Positions 38,127 through 47,069 of a stretch of 53,268 bases of DNA are shown here, piece by piece. This stretch comes from Armatimonadota bacterium (GTDB lineage: Bacteria > Armatimonadota > UBA5829 > DTLH01), in NCBI GenBank assembly GCA_039680575.1, contig JBDKSP010000093.1:1-53268 (forward strand), in the 5' to 3' direction. Both the position numbers and the translations under genes were made by a program. Positions within the stretch are counted from its first letter, which is position 1. The number at the start of each line of letters is the position of its first letter. Under the pieces are notes generated by a model. The model was not told where the DNA came from and did not search any database. It saw only the letters and a list, made by a program, of their open reading frames with translations.

Positions 38127-39368
38127 ATGATTCAAGCAATGTATAACGGTGTAGCCGGTCTGAAAGCACACAAGAGTCAGATGGACGTTATCAGTAATAA
38201 TATCTCCAATATCAACACGATTGGGTTCAAGTCGAGCAGAGTGAACTTCAGCGAAATGCTCAGTCAGACTATACAGGGAGCCAGCGCGCCGAGCGGCGGT
38301 CTTGGCGGCACAAACCCACAGCAGATCGGCCTTGGGGTTGGTATCGGGAGTATAGACGTCAACCAGACTCAAGGTTCTCTCGTATCGACCGGTAAATCCA
38401 CGGATGTGGCGATAGACGGCAACGGCTATCTGATCCTTGGTGATGGACAGAGCAAGTTCTACACCAGAGACGGGGCATTTGCACTCGACGCAGACTGTAA
38501 TCTGGTATCTTCGAGCTCAGGGTTAAAGGTCCTGGGTTGGAAAGCGGATTCAGCCACTGGAAATGTCGACACCACTTCCACAATTACGGCGGCATCGGGC
38601 ATAAAACTACCCGTCGGACAGCTTGCGGTAGCCAGAGAGACATCTGATGTCTCTCTTGGAGGCAATCTGAACTCAACAGCAGCCACAGGCGACACAAGCA
38701 GTGTCAGCCTTGACGTGTATGACTCACTTGGCGCCACTCACCCGCTTACGGTTACTTTTACGAAGACAGCCAACGCCGGTGAATGGTCATGGGAAGCTAC
38801 GAGCGCTGATGCGACCGGCGCGGTTGGAAGCGGAACAATCACTTTCGATACCAGCGGAGCATGCGAAAGCAGTAGTTCAAACATCACGATGACACTGACG
38901 ACACCTGCTGGAGCGGATAGCACAATAAATATGGCTATGGATTTTCAGTCCATGACTCAGCTTAGCGGCGATTCTACGGCAAAGCTTCTTTCTCAAGATG
39001 GTCTCCCGCTTGGAAAGTTGAGTGATTTTACGGTAGCCAGCGATGGAACCATAACAGGTACATTTGATAATGGTATGACTCAGGTGCTTGCAAAACTGGC
39101 TCTTGCGCAATTCAGTAATTCAGCAGGTTTGAGCCAGGCTGGAAACAACATGCTTGTAGAGACCGGCAACTCGGGTCTGCCACAGGTCAGCTGCGCGTCA
39201 GACGGCAGCCTCGGAAGTATCACAGCCGGTTATCTGGAGTCGTCGAATGTGGACCTTTCCACTGAGTTCGCCAATATGATAGTCGCGCAGCGCGGCTTCC
39301 AGGCTAACTCACGGATTATCACCACATCCGATGAGCTTTTGCAGGAACTGGTCCAGCTCAAGCGTTAA
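38127..39368 (+). CDS. flgE: Flagellar hook protein FlgE
   Basis: ISNNISNINTIGFK, YTRDGAF, VYDSLG, LESSNVDLSTEFANMIVAQRGFQAN. Confidence 0.95.
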   Translation: MIQAMYNGVAGLKAHKSQMDVISNNISNINTIGFKSSRVNFSEMLSQTIQGASAPSGGLGGTNPQQIGLGVGIGSIDVNQTQGSLVSTGKSTDVAIDGNGYLILGDGQSKFYTRDGAFALDADCNLVSSSSGLKVLGWKADSATGNVDTTSTITAASGIKLPVGQLAVARETSDVSLGGNLNSTAATGDTSSVSLDVYDSLGATHPLTVTFTKTANAGEWSWEATSADATGAVGSGTITFDTSGACESSSSNITMTLTTPAGADSTINMAMDFQSMTQLSGDSTAKLLSQDGLPLGKLSDFTVASDGTITGTFDNGMTQVLAKLALAQFSNSAGLSQAGNNMLVETGNSGLPQVSCASDGSLGSITAGYLESSNVDLSTEFANMIVAQRGFQANSRIITTSDELLQELVQLKR

Positions 39369-39381
39369 GAGTTTTACACTT

Positions 39382-39413
39382 GGCGGCCTGCCAAGGGCGA
39401 GCGGCAGGCCGCC
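39382..39413 (+). terminator. GC-rich hairpin after flgE (attenuator or 3' stabiliser)
   Basis: GGCGGCCTGCC-10nt-GGCAGGCCGCC, perfect 11-bp stem, no U-tract. Confidence 0.55.
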
Positions 39414-39432
39414 TGCTTAAGGATGTGTCTCA

Positions 39433-39663
39433 ATGATAGAACTTAGTTTGATAAACGGCACACGGATAACGTTGAACTCCGATCTTATAGAGTTCATCGA
39501 AGCTACTCCTGACACGATTATTTCGCTTTCTACAGGCAAGAAGATGATCGTAAGGGAACCCGTCCATGAGGTGATAGATAAAGTAATCGAATTTCGCCGC
39601 CGGATAGGGGTTCCAGTGCAGGAATCTACTGACTTGCCTGAGACACACTTTGGCTGCGAGTAG
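39433..39663 (+). CDS. flbD: Flagellar FlbD/SwrD family protein
   Basis: LNSDLIEFIEATPDTIISL. Confidence 0.9.
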   Translation: MIELSLINGTRITLNSDLIEFIEATPDTIISLSTGKKMIVREPVHEVIDKVIEFRRRIGVPVQESTDLPETHFGCE

Positions 39664-39690
39664 TATCCACGGAAGGAAGAGCCGGATCTA

Positions 39691-40479
39691 ATGGATTTTG
39701 CTACAATACTTGGCCTTTTTGTTGCATGGGGAGCGCTATTAGTTGCGCTTTTTATGGAGGGCGGCAGGGTATCTGACCTGCTGAACCCTTCCGCGCTTGT
39801 ACTCGTGATCGGTGGTACTTTTGGTGCTACAATCATTGCCTTCTCACTGAAGCAGATCACCGGGCTGCCATCAGTAATCAGAAAAGCGTTTTTCTGCAAG
39901 GATACGGATCTCATGCGGATCATCGCGATTATGGTGACTTTCGCCCGCAAGGCTCGAAAAGACGGGATTCTCTCGCTTGAGAATGAAGTAAAGCACATAG
40001 ACAACAATTTTCTGAAAATGGGCATACGTCTTGTCATAGATGGCACGCCTTCGGAGATGGTCCGAGAGATCCTTGAGACTGAAATTGTTTCGCTGCAGGA
40101 GCGGCATAAGGTGGGTGAGAACATTTTCACCACCATGGGGGGATTTGCTCCAACACTTGGAATTATCGGGACCGTTATGGGGCTCATTCACATGCTTACA
40201 AGCCTGGACCAGCCGAGGAAAATGGGACCGGCTATCGCATCAGCGTTTATAGCGACTCTTTACGGCGTAGGGTTTGCAAACCTTGTGCTCCTCCCGATAG
40301 GCGCCAAGCTGAAAGCCAGAACAACAGAAGAAATCATAGCTTACGATATGATGGTCGAAGGGATTCTCTCGATCCAGGCTGGTGACAACCCCAGGATGGT
40401 CGAGGTCAAAATGCTGGCGTTTCTGCCCCCAAAGCAGCGTTTGCTGCTGAGCGCGAATAAATTGCGAAGGGAGTCGTAA
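39691..40479 (+). CDS. motA: Flagellar stator protein MotA
   Basis: ARKDGILSLE, APTLGIIGTVMGL, AFIATLYG. Confidence 0.95.
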   Translation: MDFATILGLFVAWGALLVALFMEGGRVSDLLNPSALVLVIGGTFGATIIAFSLKQITGLPSVIRKAFFCKDTDLMRIIAIMVTFARKARKDGILSLENEVKHIDNNFLKMGIRLVIDGTPSEMVREILETEIVSLQERHKVGENIFTTMGGFAPTLGIIGTVMGLIHMLTSLDQPRKMGPAIASAFIATLYGVGFANLVLLPIGAKLKARTTEEIIAYDMMVEGILSIQAGDNPRMVEVKMLAFLPPKQRLLLSANKLRRES

Positions 40480-40480
40480 T

Positions 40481-41209
40481 TTGGTGCGCAGGCGGAGGTT
40501 ATCCGCGAATGATGGAAAGCACAGCGGCAACGACACCGGTTCGTCGCGCTGGCTTTTGACGTACGCGGATATGATAACGCTCCTGATGACATTCTTTATA
40601 ATGCTCTATTCGATGTCCATTCTGAATATGGACAGCTTCAGAGAGGTTGCTGTATCTATCAGGAGCGGGTTCGGTGGACTTGCGGAAGGTAACATGTCCA
40701 GTAATAAGCAGAATAAAAAGACTGGCATTACACCCGGAGTGCCGCAGGACGTTATTGATAAACTCCAGAAGTTTGTGCAGAAAGAGAACCTCGAGAAATC
40801 GGTAAGGCTGCGTGTAGATGAACGCGGCCTGGTTGTCAGCCTGGTAACGGATAAGGTGCTTTTCGCAAAAGGCCATGCGGAGCTGCCGGATAGCTCAAAG
40901 AAGATAATCGGCGGCATCGCTGCTGTCATAAAGCAGGTCCCGAACCAGGTCCGGGTCGAAGGCCATACATGCAATTTACCGATATTATCCGATAAGTATC
41001 CATCGAACTGGGAGCTTTCGACTGCGAGAGCAACGGTTGTAATCAGATATATGATAGAGGAGTGCAGGATCCCATCGGACAGGCTATCCGCCGCAGGTTA
41101 TGCTGACAGCAAGCCATTGGTTCCGAACACAAGCGAAAAAAACCGTGCACTCAACAGACGTGTTGATTTAGTAGTCCTGAGATCGGGCTACCGCAATAGC
41201 GAGAGGTGA
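40481..41209 (+). CDS. motB: Flagellar stator protein MotB
   Basis: WLLTYADMITLL, OmpA-like NWELSTARA, NRRVD. Confidence 0.95.
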   Translation: MVRRRRLSANDGKHSGNDTGSSRWLLTYADMITLLMTFFIMLYSMSILNMDSFREVAVSIRSGFGGLAEGNMSSNKQNKKTGITPGVPQDVIDKLQKFVQKENLEKSVRLRVDERGLVVSLVTDKVLFAKGHAELPDSSKKIIGGIAAVIKQVPNQVRVEGHTCNLPILSDKYPSNWELSTARATVVIRYMIEECRIPSDRLSAAGYADSKPLVPNTSEKNRALNRRVDLVVLRSGYRNSER

Positions 41210-41213
41210 GAGA

Positions 41214-41663
41214 GTGAAGTTAATGAGAGATATTTCAGGAGGACTGCCGATAAAGTTGATTATTATCATATTGGTAGTCGGTTTGGTAGGTGCGGGCGCG
41301 TTCCTGAAGTTCGGGAAGAAGGGGAAACACACACCAAAGCCTGTCGAGCTTACAGAGTGGAAACTCGAGGAGTTCGTTGTGAATCTGGCTGATATTAACG
41401 AGTCCAGATACCTTAAGGTAGATGTAGTCCTTTCGGTCGAAGGGGCTCCGAAGGGTGGCGGTGAAGGCGAAAAAACCGCTAATCCGGAAGATGCCAAGGT
41501 CCGGGATACGGTCATAGATGTGCTTTCGAGCAAAAAATACTCGGACTTGCTTACCGAAAAAGGTAAAACAGACCTCAAGGAAGAAATAGAAAAACAGCTC
41601 AATTCTGTTCTTAAGCAAACAAAAGTGCATGACGTCTTCTTTACGTCATTTACCATGCAGTGA
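41214..41663 (+). CDS. fliL: Flagellar basal body-associated protein FliL
   Basis: N-terminal TM, FVVNLAD, VFFTSFTMQ. Confidence 0.92.
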   Translation: MKLMRDISGGLPIKLIIIILVVGLVGAGAFLKFGKKGKHTPKPVELTEWKLEEFVVNLADINESRYLKVDVVLSVEGAPKGGGEGEKTANPEDAKVRDTVIDVLSSKKYSDLLTEKGKTDLKEEIEKQLNSVLKQTKVHDVFFTSFTMQ

Positions 41664-41666
41664 AAT

Positions 41667-41785
41667 AGGATTTAGGATTTGAGGGTCTAGGATTTAGGGG
41701 AATTGTGGAGATTTTTGCTTCGGGATAACATCCCGAAGTACGAGTCTCCACCGCATTTGAATCCCTAAATCCTTACATCCTGTAT
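41667..41785. repeat. Long imperfect inverted repeat: TAGGATT-type heptamers around a GCTTCGGGAT/ATCCCGAAG hairpin
   Basis: GGATTTAGGG...TGGAGA...GCTTCGGGAT-aac-ATCCCGAAGT...TCTCCA...CCCTAAATCC. Confidence 0.7.
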
Positions 41786-41809
41786 TCTCGATCCTCTAAG
41801 GAAAGATAA

Positions 41810-42781
41810 ATGAATTTATCACCGGAAGAAATGGAAGAATTCTCGCAGGCGATGAAAAACGCCGATGGGATTACGCCTGTAAAGCGCGCAAAGCAGATCA
41901 AGGCGTATGATTTTGTTCACCCCGATAAGCTGTCCAAAGTACACTTGCGCGTAATTCAGTCGATGATGTCCTCCCTTGAGCGTACCTGGGCCAGCACACT
42001 AACATCGGTGCTTAAAGATGAGACACTTGTCATGCTGGACTCAGTAGAGCAGGTAACATTCGGCGCATGCGTGGAATCATTCCCGTCCGAGAGCATAATT
42101 GCGGCTTTGAAAATGAAGCCGCTTTCCGGTGTGACCTATCTTCAGATGCCGGCAGCTTCTGGCTTGAGGTTTATCAGCCGGATGGCAGGCAGCAGGACTC
42201 AGTCCACCTGCGAGCCACGCGAGCTTACGATGATCGAACAAAAAATTCTTCAGAAACTTCTCGACCGTCTGGCAGAAGATCTGCAGTCGGCATGGAAACC
42301 GTTGATCGAGCTCGATGTCGCCATCGTGAAGATACATAATTCCGCGGAAGATATCGAGGTTCTTCCTGAGGAGATGATGCTGGCGGTCGGCTTCACATGG
42401 ACCACCGGACCGCTTGAACATAAGGTTGCAATTATCATTCCTGCCAACTCGATAGACCTGGTACGGGATTTGCTGACTCCTGAGCAGTGGCTTCGAGGCA
42501 AGCCGAGTGAAGATCAGAAACAACAGGCTGCAACACCGGCGGCACTCCTTAAGGATGTTCCGGTTCAGGCGGCTGTAGAACTCGGTAAGGCTAAAGTAAG
42601 CATGCAGGACATCATCAGTATAGATATAGGTGATGTTATCAGGCTCGATAAGGCCGTGGACGAACTACTGGATGTCAAAGTCCAGGGAGAAACGAAGTTC
42701 TACGGAAGACCGGGGTTGATCGGAACCAAACTTGCCGTGCAGATCGCGGAACAGACTGCGGATGCCGGTTCCGAAAGCTAA
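41810..42781 (+). CDS. fliM: Flagellar motor switch protein FliM (divergent)
   Basis: YDFVHPDKLSK, RELTMIE, C-terminal SpoA domain (IGDVIRLD, GRPG). Confidence 0.9.
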   Translation: MNLSPEEMEEFSQAMKNADGITPVKRAKQIKAYDFVHPDKLSKVHLRVIQSMMSSLERTWASTLTSVLKDETLVMLDSVEQVTFGACVESFPSESIIAALKMKPLSGVTYLQMPAASGLRFISRMAGSRTQSTCEPRELTMIEQKILQKLLDRLAEDLQSAWKPLIELDVAIVKIHNSAEDIEVLPEEMMLAVGFTWTTGPLEHKVAIIIPANSIDLVRDLLTPEQWLRGKPSEDQKQQAATPAALLKDVPVQAAVELGKAKVSMQDIISIDIGDVIRLDKAVDELLDVKVQGETKFYGRPGLIGTKLAVQIAEQTADAGSES

Positions 42782-42842
42782 AGGGGACCTGCTGCTTCAG
42801 CTGATGCACTCGATGCCTAGCTACTGCTAGGAGGATACGGAA

Positions 42843-43268
42843 TTGAGGAAGAATGCCAAAGCGGCAGATGAGCAAGTACCGCTGGAGACAGATAATGTTG
42901 AGTTGGAGGTTGTCGACAGCGAGCCTTCAGCATCGCCGGAGGGGAATAGCTCCTCAGTTAAGTCGGCGCGTTTTGCCCCACTTGAGTCCATAGGAACCGG
43001 AGGGGCAGCAAATGCAATGGATATTCTGCTCGATGTGCAGCTTGAACTGAGTGTCGAGTTGGGAAGGGCTTCCATGCCTGTGCGTGAGGTTCTTCAACTC
43101 GGTCCGGGTGCTGTAGTCGAGCTCAATAAATTGGGCGGAGAGCCGGTAGATATACTCGTAAACGGGCGTCCTATAGCACGGGGCGAAGTCGTCGTAGTCG
43201 ATGAGAACTTCGGCGTAAGGGTGACTGAGATCATAAACCGCGGTAATGCCGCTGTTTCCCTGAGCTAG
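42843..43268 (+). CDS. fliN: Flagellar motor switch protein FliN (short form, not FliY)
   Basis: LLDVQLELSVELG, GEVVVVDENFGVRVTEI. Confidence 0.95.
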   Translation: MRKNAKAADEQVPLETDNVELEVVDSEPSASPEGNSSSVKSARFAPLESIGTGGAANAMDILLDVQLELSVELGRASMPVREVLQLGPGAVVELNKLGGEPVDILVNGRPIARGEVVVVDENFGVRVTEIINRGNAAVSLS

Positions 43269-43274
43269 AAAGAA

Positions 43275-44123
43275 TTGGACATGCGAAGATTATTGCCGGC
43301 AACGATCGGACTGGTGTGCCTGCTGCTCTCTTGCGGCGCGGTCTATTCCCAATCCGCTGAAACAACAAAACTGATTCAGACAAAAGTGCATATCGTCCAG
43401 AAAGGCCAGCTTTCCATCGATATTGCCAAAAAATACGGTCTGAACCTGGACAAACTTAAACAGCTTAACCCCGGGCGCAATCTGGCTCGGCTTCAGATAG
43501 GCGATAAAATCGTAGTGGGCATTGTGCCTGTTCAGTCACCGAAGCCGAATGCCGGTAACGCTCTCAAGTCTACTCCAATAGCCAAAAACACGTCTGCGAG
43601 ACAGGATAAGATCGCTCAGATGATGGAGCGAGAGAAGGATGGTACCGATCAGCAAAAGACCGGTAATTCTACCTTCGGCGCTGTAGTCCTGAATATCATC
43701 AAACTGATCGTCGTCCTTGCGCTTGCCTATTTCACTATCCGGGCACTGAAATTGCTATCAGATAAACGCGATGCCTCGCCCATTACCCGCCGAAGTATGA
43801 AGGTGATCGATACAGTCAAGCTGACTAATGCGAGTAATCTTCACGTGGTGGAAGTTGGCGGAAAGAGGCTTCTGATCGGTTCTTCGTCGGGGCAGGTGAA
43901 CCTGCTGGCGGAGATCGAGCCGGAAAGTGCGGAGAATGCTGCTCCGGTGGAAAACAGTAAGTTCGCGGATTATCTTGCGAAGTACTCGGGACAGAAGATT
44001 TCCAATACTCCCGCGGGAAGAGTTGCCGGACTTCTCAGGGACTGCGCTTCTTATCTTCAGGATCGAAAGCGCGGGCTTCCGAAAACAAGTAACAAAAAAC
44101 CTGGTGATAGTGATGAAGCGTAA
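43275..44123 (+). CDS. fliO: FliO-like protein with signal peptide and LysM domain
   Basis: LysM HIVQKG..IAKKYGL...LNP...LQIGDKI; TM; FliO core [20 protein letters not shown]; between fliN and fliP. Confidence 0.8.
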   Translation: MDMRRLLPATIGLVCLLLSCGAVYSQSAETTKLIQTKVHIVQKGQLSIDIAKKYGLNLDKLKQLNPGRNLARLQIGDKIVVGIVPVQSPKPNAGNALKSTPIAKNTSARQDKIAQMMEREKDGTDQQKTGNSTFGAVVLNIIKLIVVLALAYFTIRALKLLSDKRDASPITRRSMKVIDTVKLTNASNLHVVEVGGKRLLIGSSSGQVNLLAEIEPESAENAAPVENSKFADYLAKYSGQKISNTPAGRVAGLLRDCASYLQDRKRGLPKTSNKKPGDSDEA

Positions 44124-44856
44124 GGTAATCTATCTGTCGAGTCTGCTGCTGCTGCTTAATTCCGCAGCGTGGTCTGAACCGGTTATGCCGAAACTGAATA
44201 TTGGTGTAGAGGCGGCAAAAGGTCCGCAGGATGTATCAGTAAGCCTGCAGATACTGCTCGTAATCACACTCTTGTCGCTGGCTCCGGCGATGATTATAAT
44301 GCTGACTTCTTTCACGCGCATCGTCATAGTGCTTGCGTTTACAAGAAGCGCGCTCGGAACCCAGCAGATCCCTCCAAACAGCGTACTCATCGGCCTGGCT
44401 CTTTTCCTGACGTTTTTTACGATGGCTCCCATCTTCGGGCAGATCAACCAGACTGCGTTGCAGCCATACCTGCAGAAACAAATGACGTTCGACCAGGCGC
44501 TTAATAAAGGTTCTCAGCCGATCAGAGATTTCATGTTCTCACAGGTAAGAGAAAAGGATGTGGCTCTTTTCATACGTCTCGCGCATATCGGCAGGCCTTC
44601 ATCTGAAGCCGGTGTTCCGACATACGTGTTGATTCCTGCGTTCCTTATAAGCGAACTCAGGACAGCTTTCAGTATAGGGTTCCTGATTTTTATTCCGTTT
44701 TTGATAATCGATATGGTCATAGCCGTGACCCTGATGTCTATGGGGATGATGATGCTGCCTCCGTCGCTTATCTCGCTCCCATTCAAGATATTATTGTTCG
44801 TTCTGGTAGACGGATGGCACCTGATCGTCAAATCCCTGGCTTTGAGCTTCCAATGA
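44113..44856 (+). CDS. fliP: Flagellar export gate protein FliP
   Basis: [41 protein letters not shown] 44113 overlaps fliO end. Confidence 0.96.
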   Translation: MKRKVIYLSSLLLLLNSAAWSEPVMPKLNIGVEAAKGPQDVSVSLQILLVITLLSLAPAMIIMLTSFTRIVIVLAFTRSALGTQQIPPNSVLIGLALFLTFFTMAPIFGQINQTALQPYLQKQMTFDQALNKGSQPIRDFMFSQVREKDVALFIRLAHIGRPSSEAGVPTYVLIPAFLISELRTAFSIGFLIFIPFLIIDMVIAVTLMSMGMMMLPPSLISLPFKILLFVLVDGWHLIVKSLALSFQ

Positions 44857-44864
44857 GGTTAAAA

Positions 44865-45134
44865 ATGAATGATGCAACCGTTATGGAGATTATGCAGAGA
44901 GCGTTGGTACTCATTATCACCGTCAGCGCCCCTGTTTTGGGTTTTGGTCTGGTTGTAGGACTGGTAGTCAGCGTATTTCAAGCTGCTACACAGATCCACG
45001 AGATGAGCTTAACGTTCATTCCCAAGATCATTGCGGTTGCTGTTGCTATTGTGATATTCGGTCCCTGGATGTTGAACCAGGTTGTTCATTATACATCGCA
45101 CTTGTTCGAAAGTATTCCTACACTTATTAAATAA
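44865..45134 (+). CDS. fliQ: Flagellar export gate protein FliQ
   Basis: FQAATQIHEMSLTFIPK, GPWM. Confidence 0.95.
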   Translation: MNDATVMEIMQRALVLIITVSAPVLGFGLVVGLVVSVFQAATQIHEMSLTFIPKIIAVAVAIVIFGPWMLNQVVHYTSHLFESIPTLIK

Positions 45135-45923
45135 ATGGACCTTGCAGCTTTTGGAATTCAGCAAATGGAGGTGTTTGTCCTTGTGCTTGTGAGGACAGCC
45201 GGGATATTTACGATGACCCCGATCTTCGGCGCGAGTCAGATCCCGGTCCAGATAAGGCTCGGCATTGCGCTTACGCTGACTATGGTATTTATGCCACTTT
45301 GTACATCATCCACACATGCGCTGCTTGCAGTAGATGTACTACCGATGGCGCTTCTGATAGCCAAGGAGGCTCTTATCGGCCTGGTGATCGGGTTTGTAGT
45401 AATGCTTGTGTTCGCGGCGATACAGTCGGCAGGCGATTATATAGACCTTGTGGCCGGATTCAACTTTGCGACCATGTTCGATCCTGTAACCGGAACTCAG
45501 ACGGCGCTTGCGGGTCGATTCCACAGTATTCTCGCAGGAATGCTCTTTTTTGCGATAAACGCACACCATATATTCCTGTCGGGAGTAGCTGATAGCTTCA
45601 GACTGATCCCCGTGGGGCAGATGTCGCTCAATCCGGTTGTTGCAACAGGCGCAGTCGATCTTTTTGTGGGGCTTTTTACGATAGCGATAAGGATTGCCGC
45701 ACCGGTGGTTGCGGCTGTATTCCTGGCGGATGTCGCGATGGCGGTGATCTCTCGTGCAATGCCGCAGATGAACATCCTGATGGCAGGCCTGCCTCTCAAG
45801 CTCGGGGTCGGCCTGGTTGGGATGCTGATAGCATTGCCTGTCGCGGTAGCCTTGAGCCGTGGGGCTTTTATGGATATCCAACCGCAGACGGTCGGATTAC
45901 TTCGGCTATTAATATCACGTTAA
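45135..45923 (+). CDS. fliR: Flagellar export gate protein FliR
   Basis: KEALIG, FDP, SRAMPQMNI..GLPLK. Confidence 0.94.
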   Translation: MDLAAFGIQQMEVFVLVLVRTAGIFTMTPIFGASQIPVQIRLGIALTLTMVFMPLCTSSTHALLAVDVLPMALLIAKEALIGLVIGFVVMLVFAAIQSAGDYIDLVAGFNFATMFDPVTGTQTALAGRFHSILAGMLFFAINAHHIFLSGVADSFRLIPVGQMSLNPVVATGAVDLFVGLFTIAIRIAAPVVAAVFLADVAMAVISRAMPQMNILMAGLPLKLGVGLVGMLIALPVAVALSRGAFMDIQPQTVGLLRLLISR

Positions 45924-45944
45924 CAATTCAGGAGCAGTAGTCAA

Positions 45945-47018
45945 GTGGCATTGCAGGATAAAACAGAGGCCGCGAGCCCGCGTAGACGTGAAGAGGCTCG
46001 AAAGGAAGGCAAGGTTGCCAAGAGCACGGACCTGATATCTGCTGTTGGATTGCTATTTTCGCTTCTCCTTATAAAGAGCGCAGGACCTTATCTCATGGGC
46101 GGAATGTCCAGCATGATGCGTCAATCTTTATCAAACTTGCACCACAATGAGCTTACCATCGATGCCTTACGACCGCTCGCTATATCCTACGGTATGAAGT
46201 TCTTCCAGCTCTGCTTGCCGATCCTGGCTGTAACAGCGGTGGTCGGCATAGCCGCAAATGTGCTTCAGGTCGGTTTCATGGTGTCACCCAAGGCAATAGC
46301 TCCGGACCTCAATCGCATTGATCCGATAAAAGGCTTTGCCAGGTTATTTGCCGGGCGCTCTATTGTTGAGCTGCTCAAATCCATCGCCAAGGTATCGATA
46401 GTATCATACTTTGTTTATACGTTCCTGAAGAGTGAATACCCGGTTTTACTGGACCTTGCGGGGTTAACTCCTTCAGCAATGGTCGATACCGTTACAGCTT
46501 TGGGCTGGAGACTGGTTATCCGTGGATGTATTGTTCTGCTGATTATCGGAATACTGGACTATATGTATCAAAGGCTGCAGTTCGAGCAATCGATAAAGAT
46601 GACCAAGCAGGAAGTCAAAGAAGAATACAAGCGGTCCGAAGGAGATCCGCAGATAAAATCGAAGATCAGACAAAGACAGCGGGAAATGGCCCGGCATAGG
46701 ATGATTCAGGATGTATCCAAGGCGGACTTCGTGGTGACGAACCCGACACACTTTGCTGTCGCAATCAAGTATGATCCGAGTAAAATGGCTGCTCCGGTTG
46801 TTCTGGCAAAGGGTCAAAGGCTCCTTGCGCTCAAGATCAGGGAAGTTGCAACAGCTAATGGCGTACCGATAATCGAAAATCCACCTGTGGCAAGATTCCT
46901 CTATAAAAATGTCGAGGTGGGGCAACCTATCCCGGAAGATCTCTATCAGGCTGTGGCTGAGATGCTTGCATATGTTTACCAATTGAGCCAAAAGGCCGGA
47001 AAACATAACGCGGCATAG
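45945..47018 (+). CDS. flhB: Flagellar export switch protein FlhB
   Basis: DKTE, EGDPQIK, NPTH autocleavage motif. Confidence 0.96.
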   Translation: MALQDKTEAASPRRREEARKEGKVAKSTDLISAVGLLFSLLLIKSAGPYLMGGMSSMMRQSLSNLHHNELTIDALRPLAISYGMKFFQLCLPILAVTAVVGIAANVLQVGFMVSPKAIAPDLNRIDPIKGFARLFAGRSIVELLKSIAKVSIVSYFVYTFLKSEYPVLLDLAGLTPSAMVDTVTALGWRLVIRGCIVLLIIGILDYMYQRLQFEQSIKMTKQEVKEEYKRSEGDPQIKSKIRQRQREMARHRMIQDVSKADFVVTNPTHFAVAIKYDPSKMAAPVVLAKGQRLLALKIREVATANGVPIIENPPVARFLYKNVEVGQPIPEDLYQAVAEMLAYVYQLSQKAGKHNAA

Positions 47019-47026
47019 AAATTGCT
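47011..47026 (+). promoter_or_regulatory. Sigma54 -24/-12 promoter upstream of flhA, overlapping the flhB stop codon
   Basis: CGGCAT-AGAAA-TTGCT, GG-N10-GC, 44 nt before flhA. Confidence 0.7.
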
Positions 47027-47069
47027 GTAGTTACACGGAATTCTGAATTTAGCTTTAGACAAGGATATT

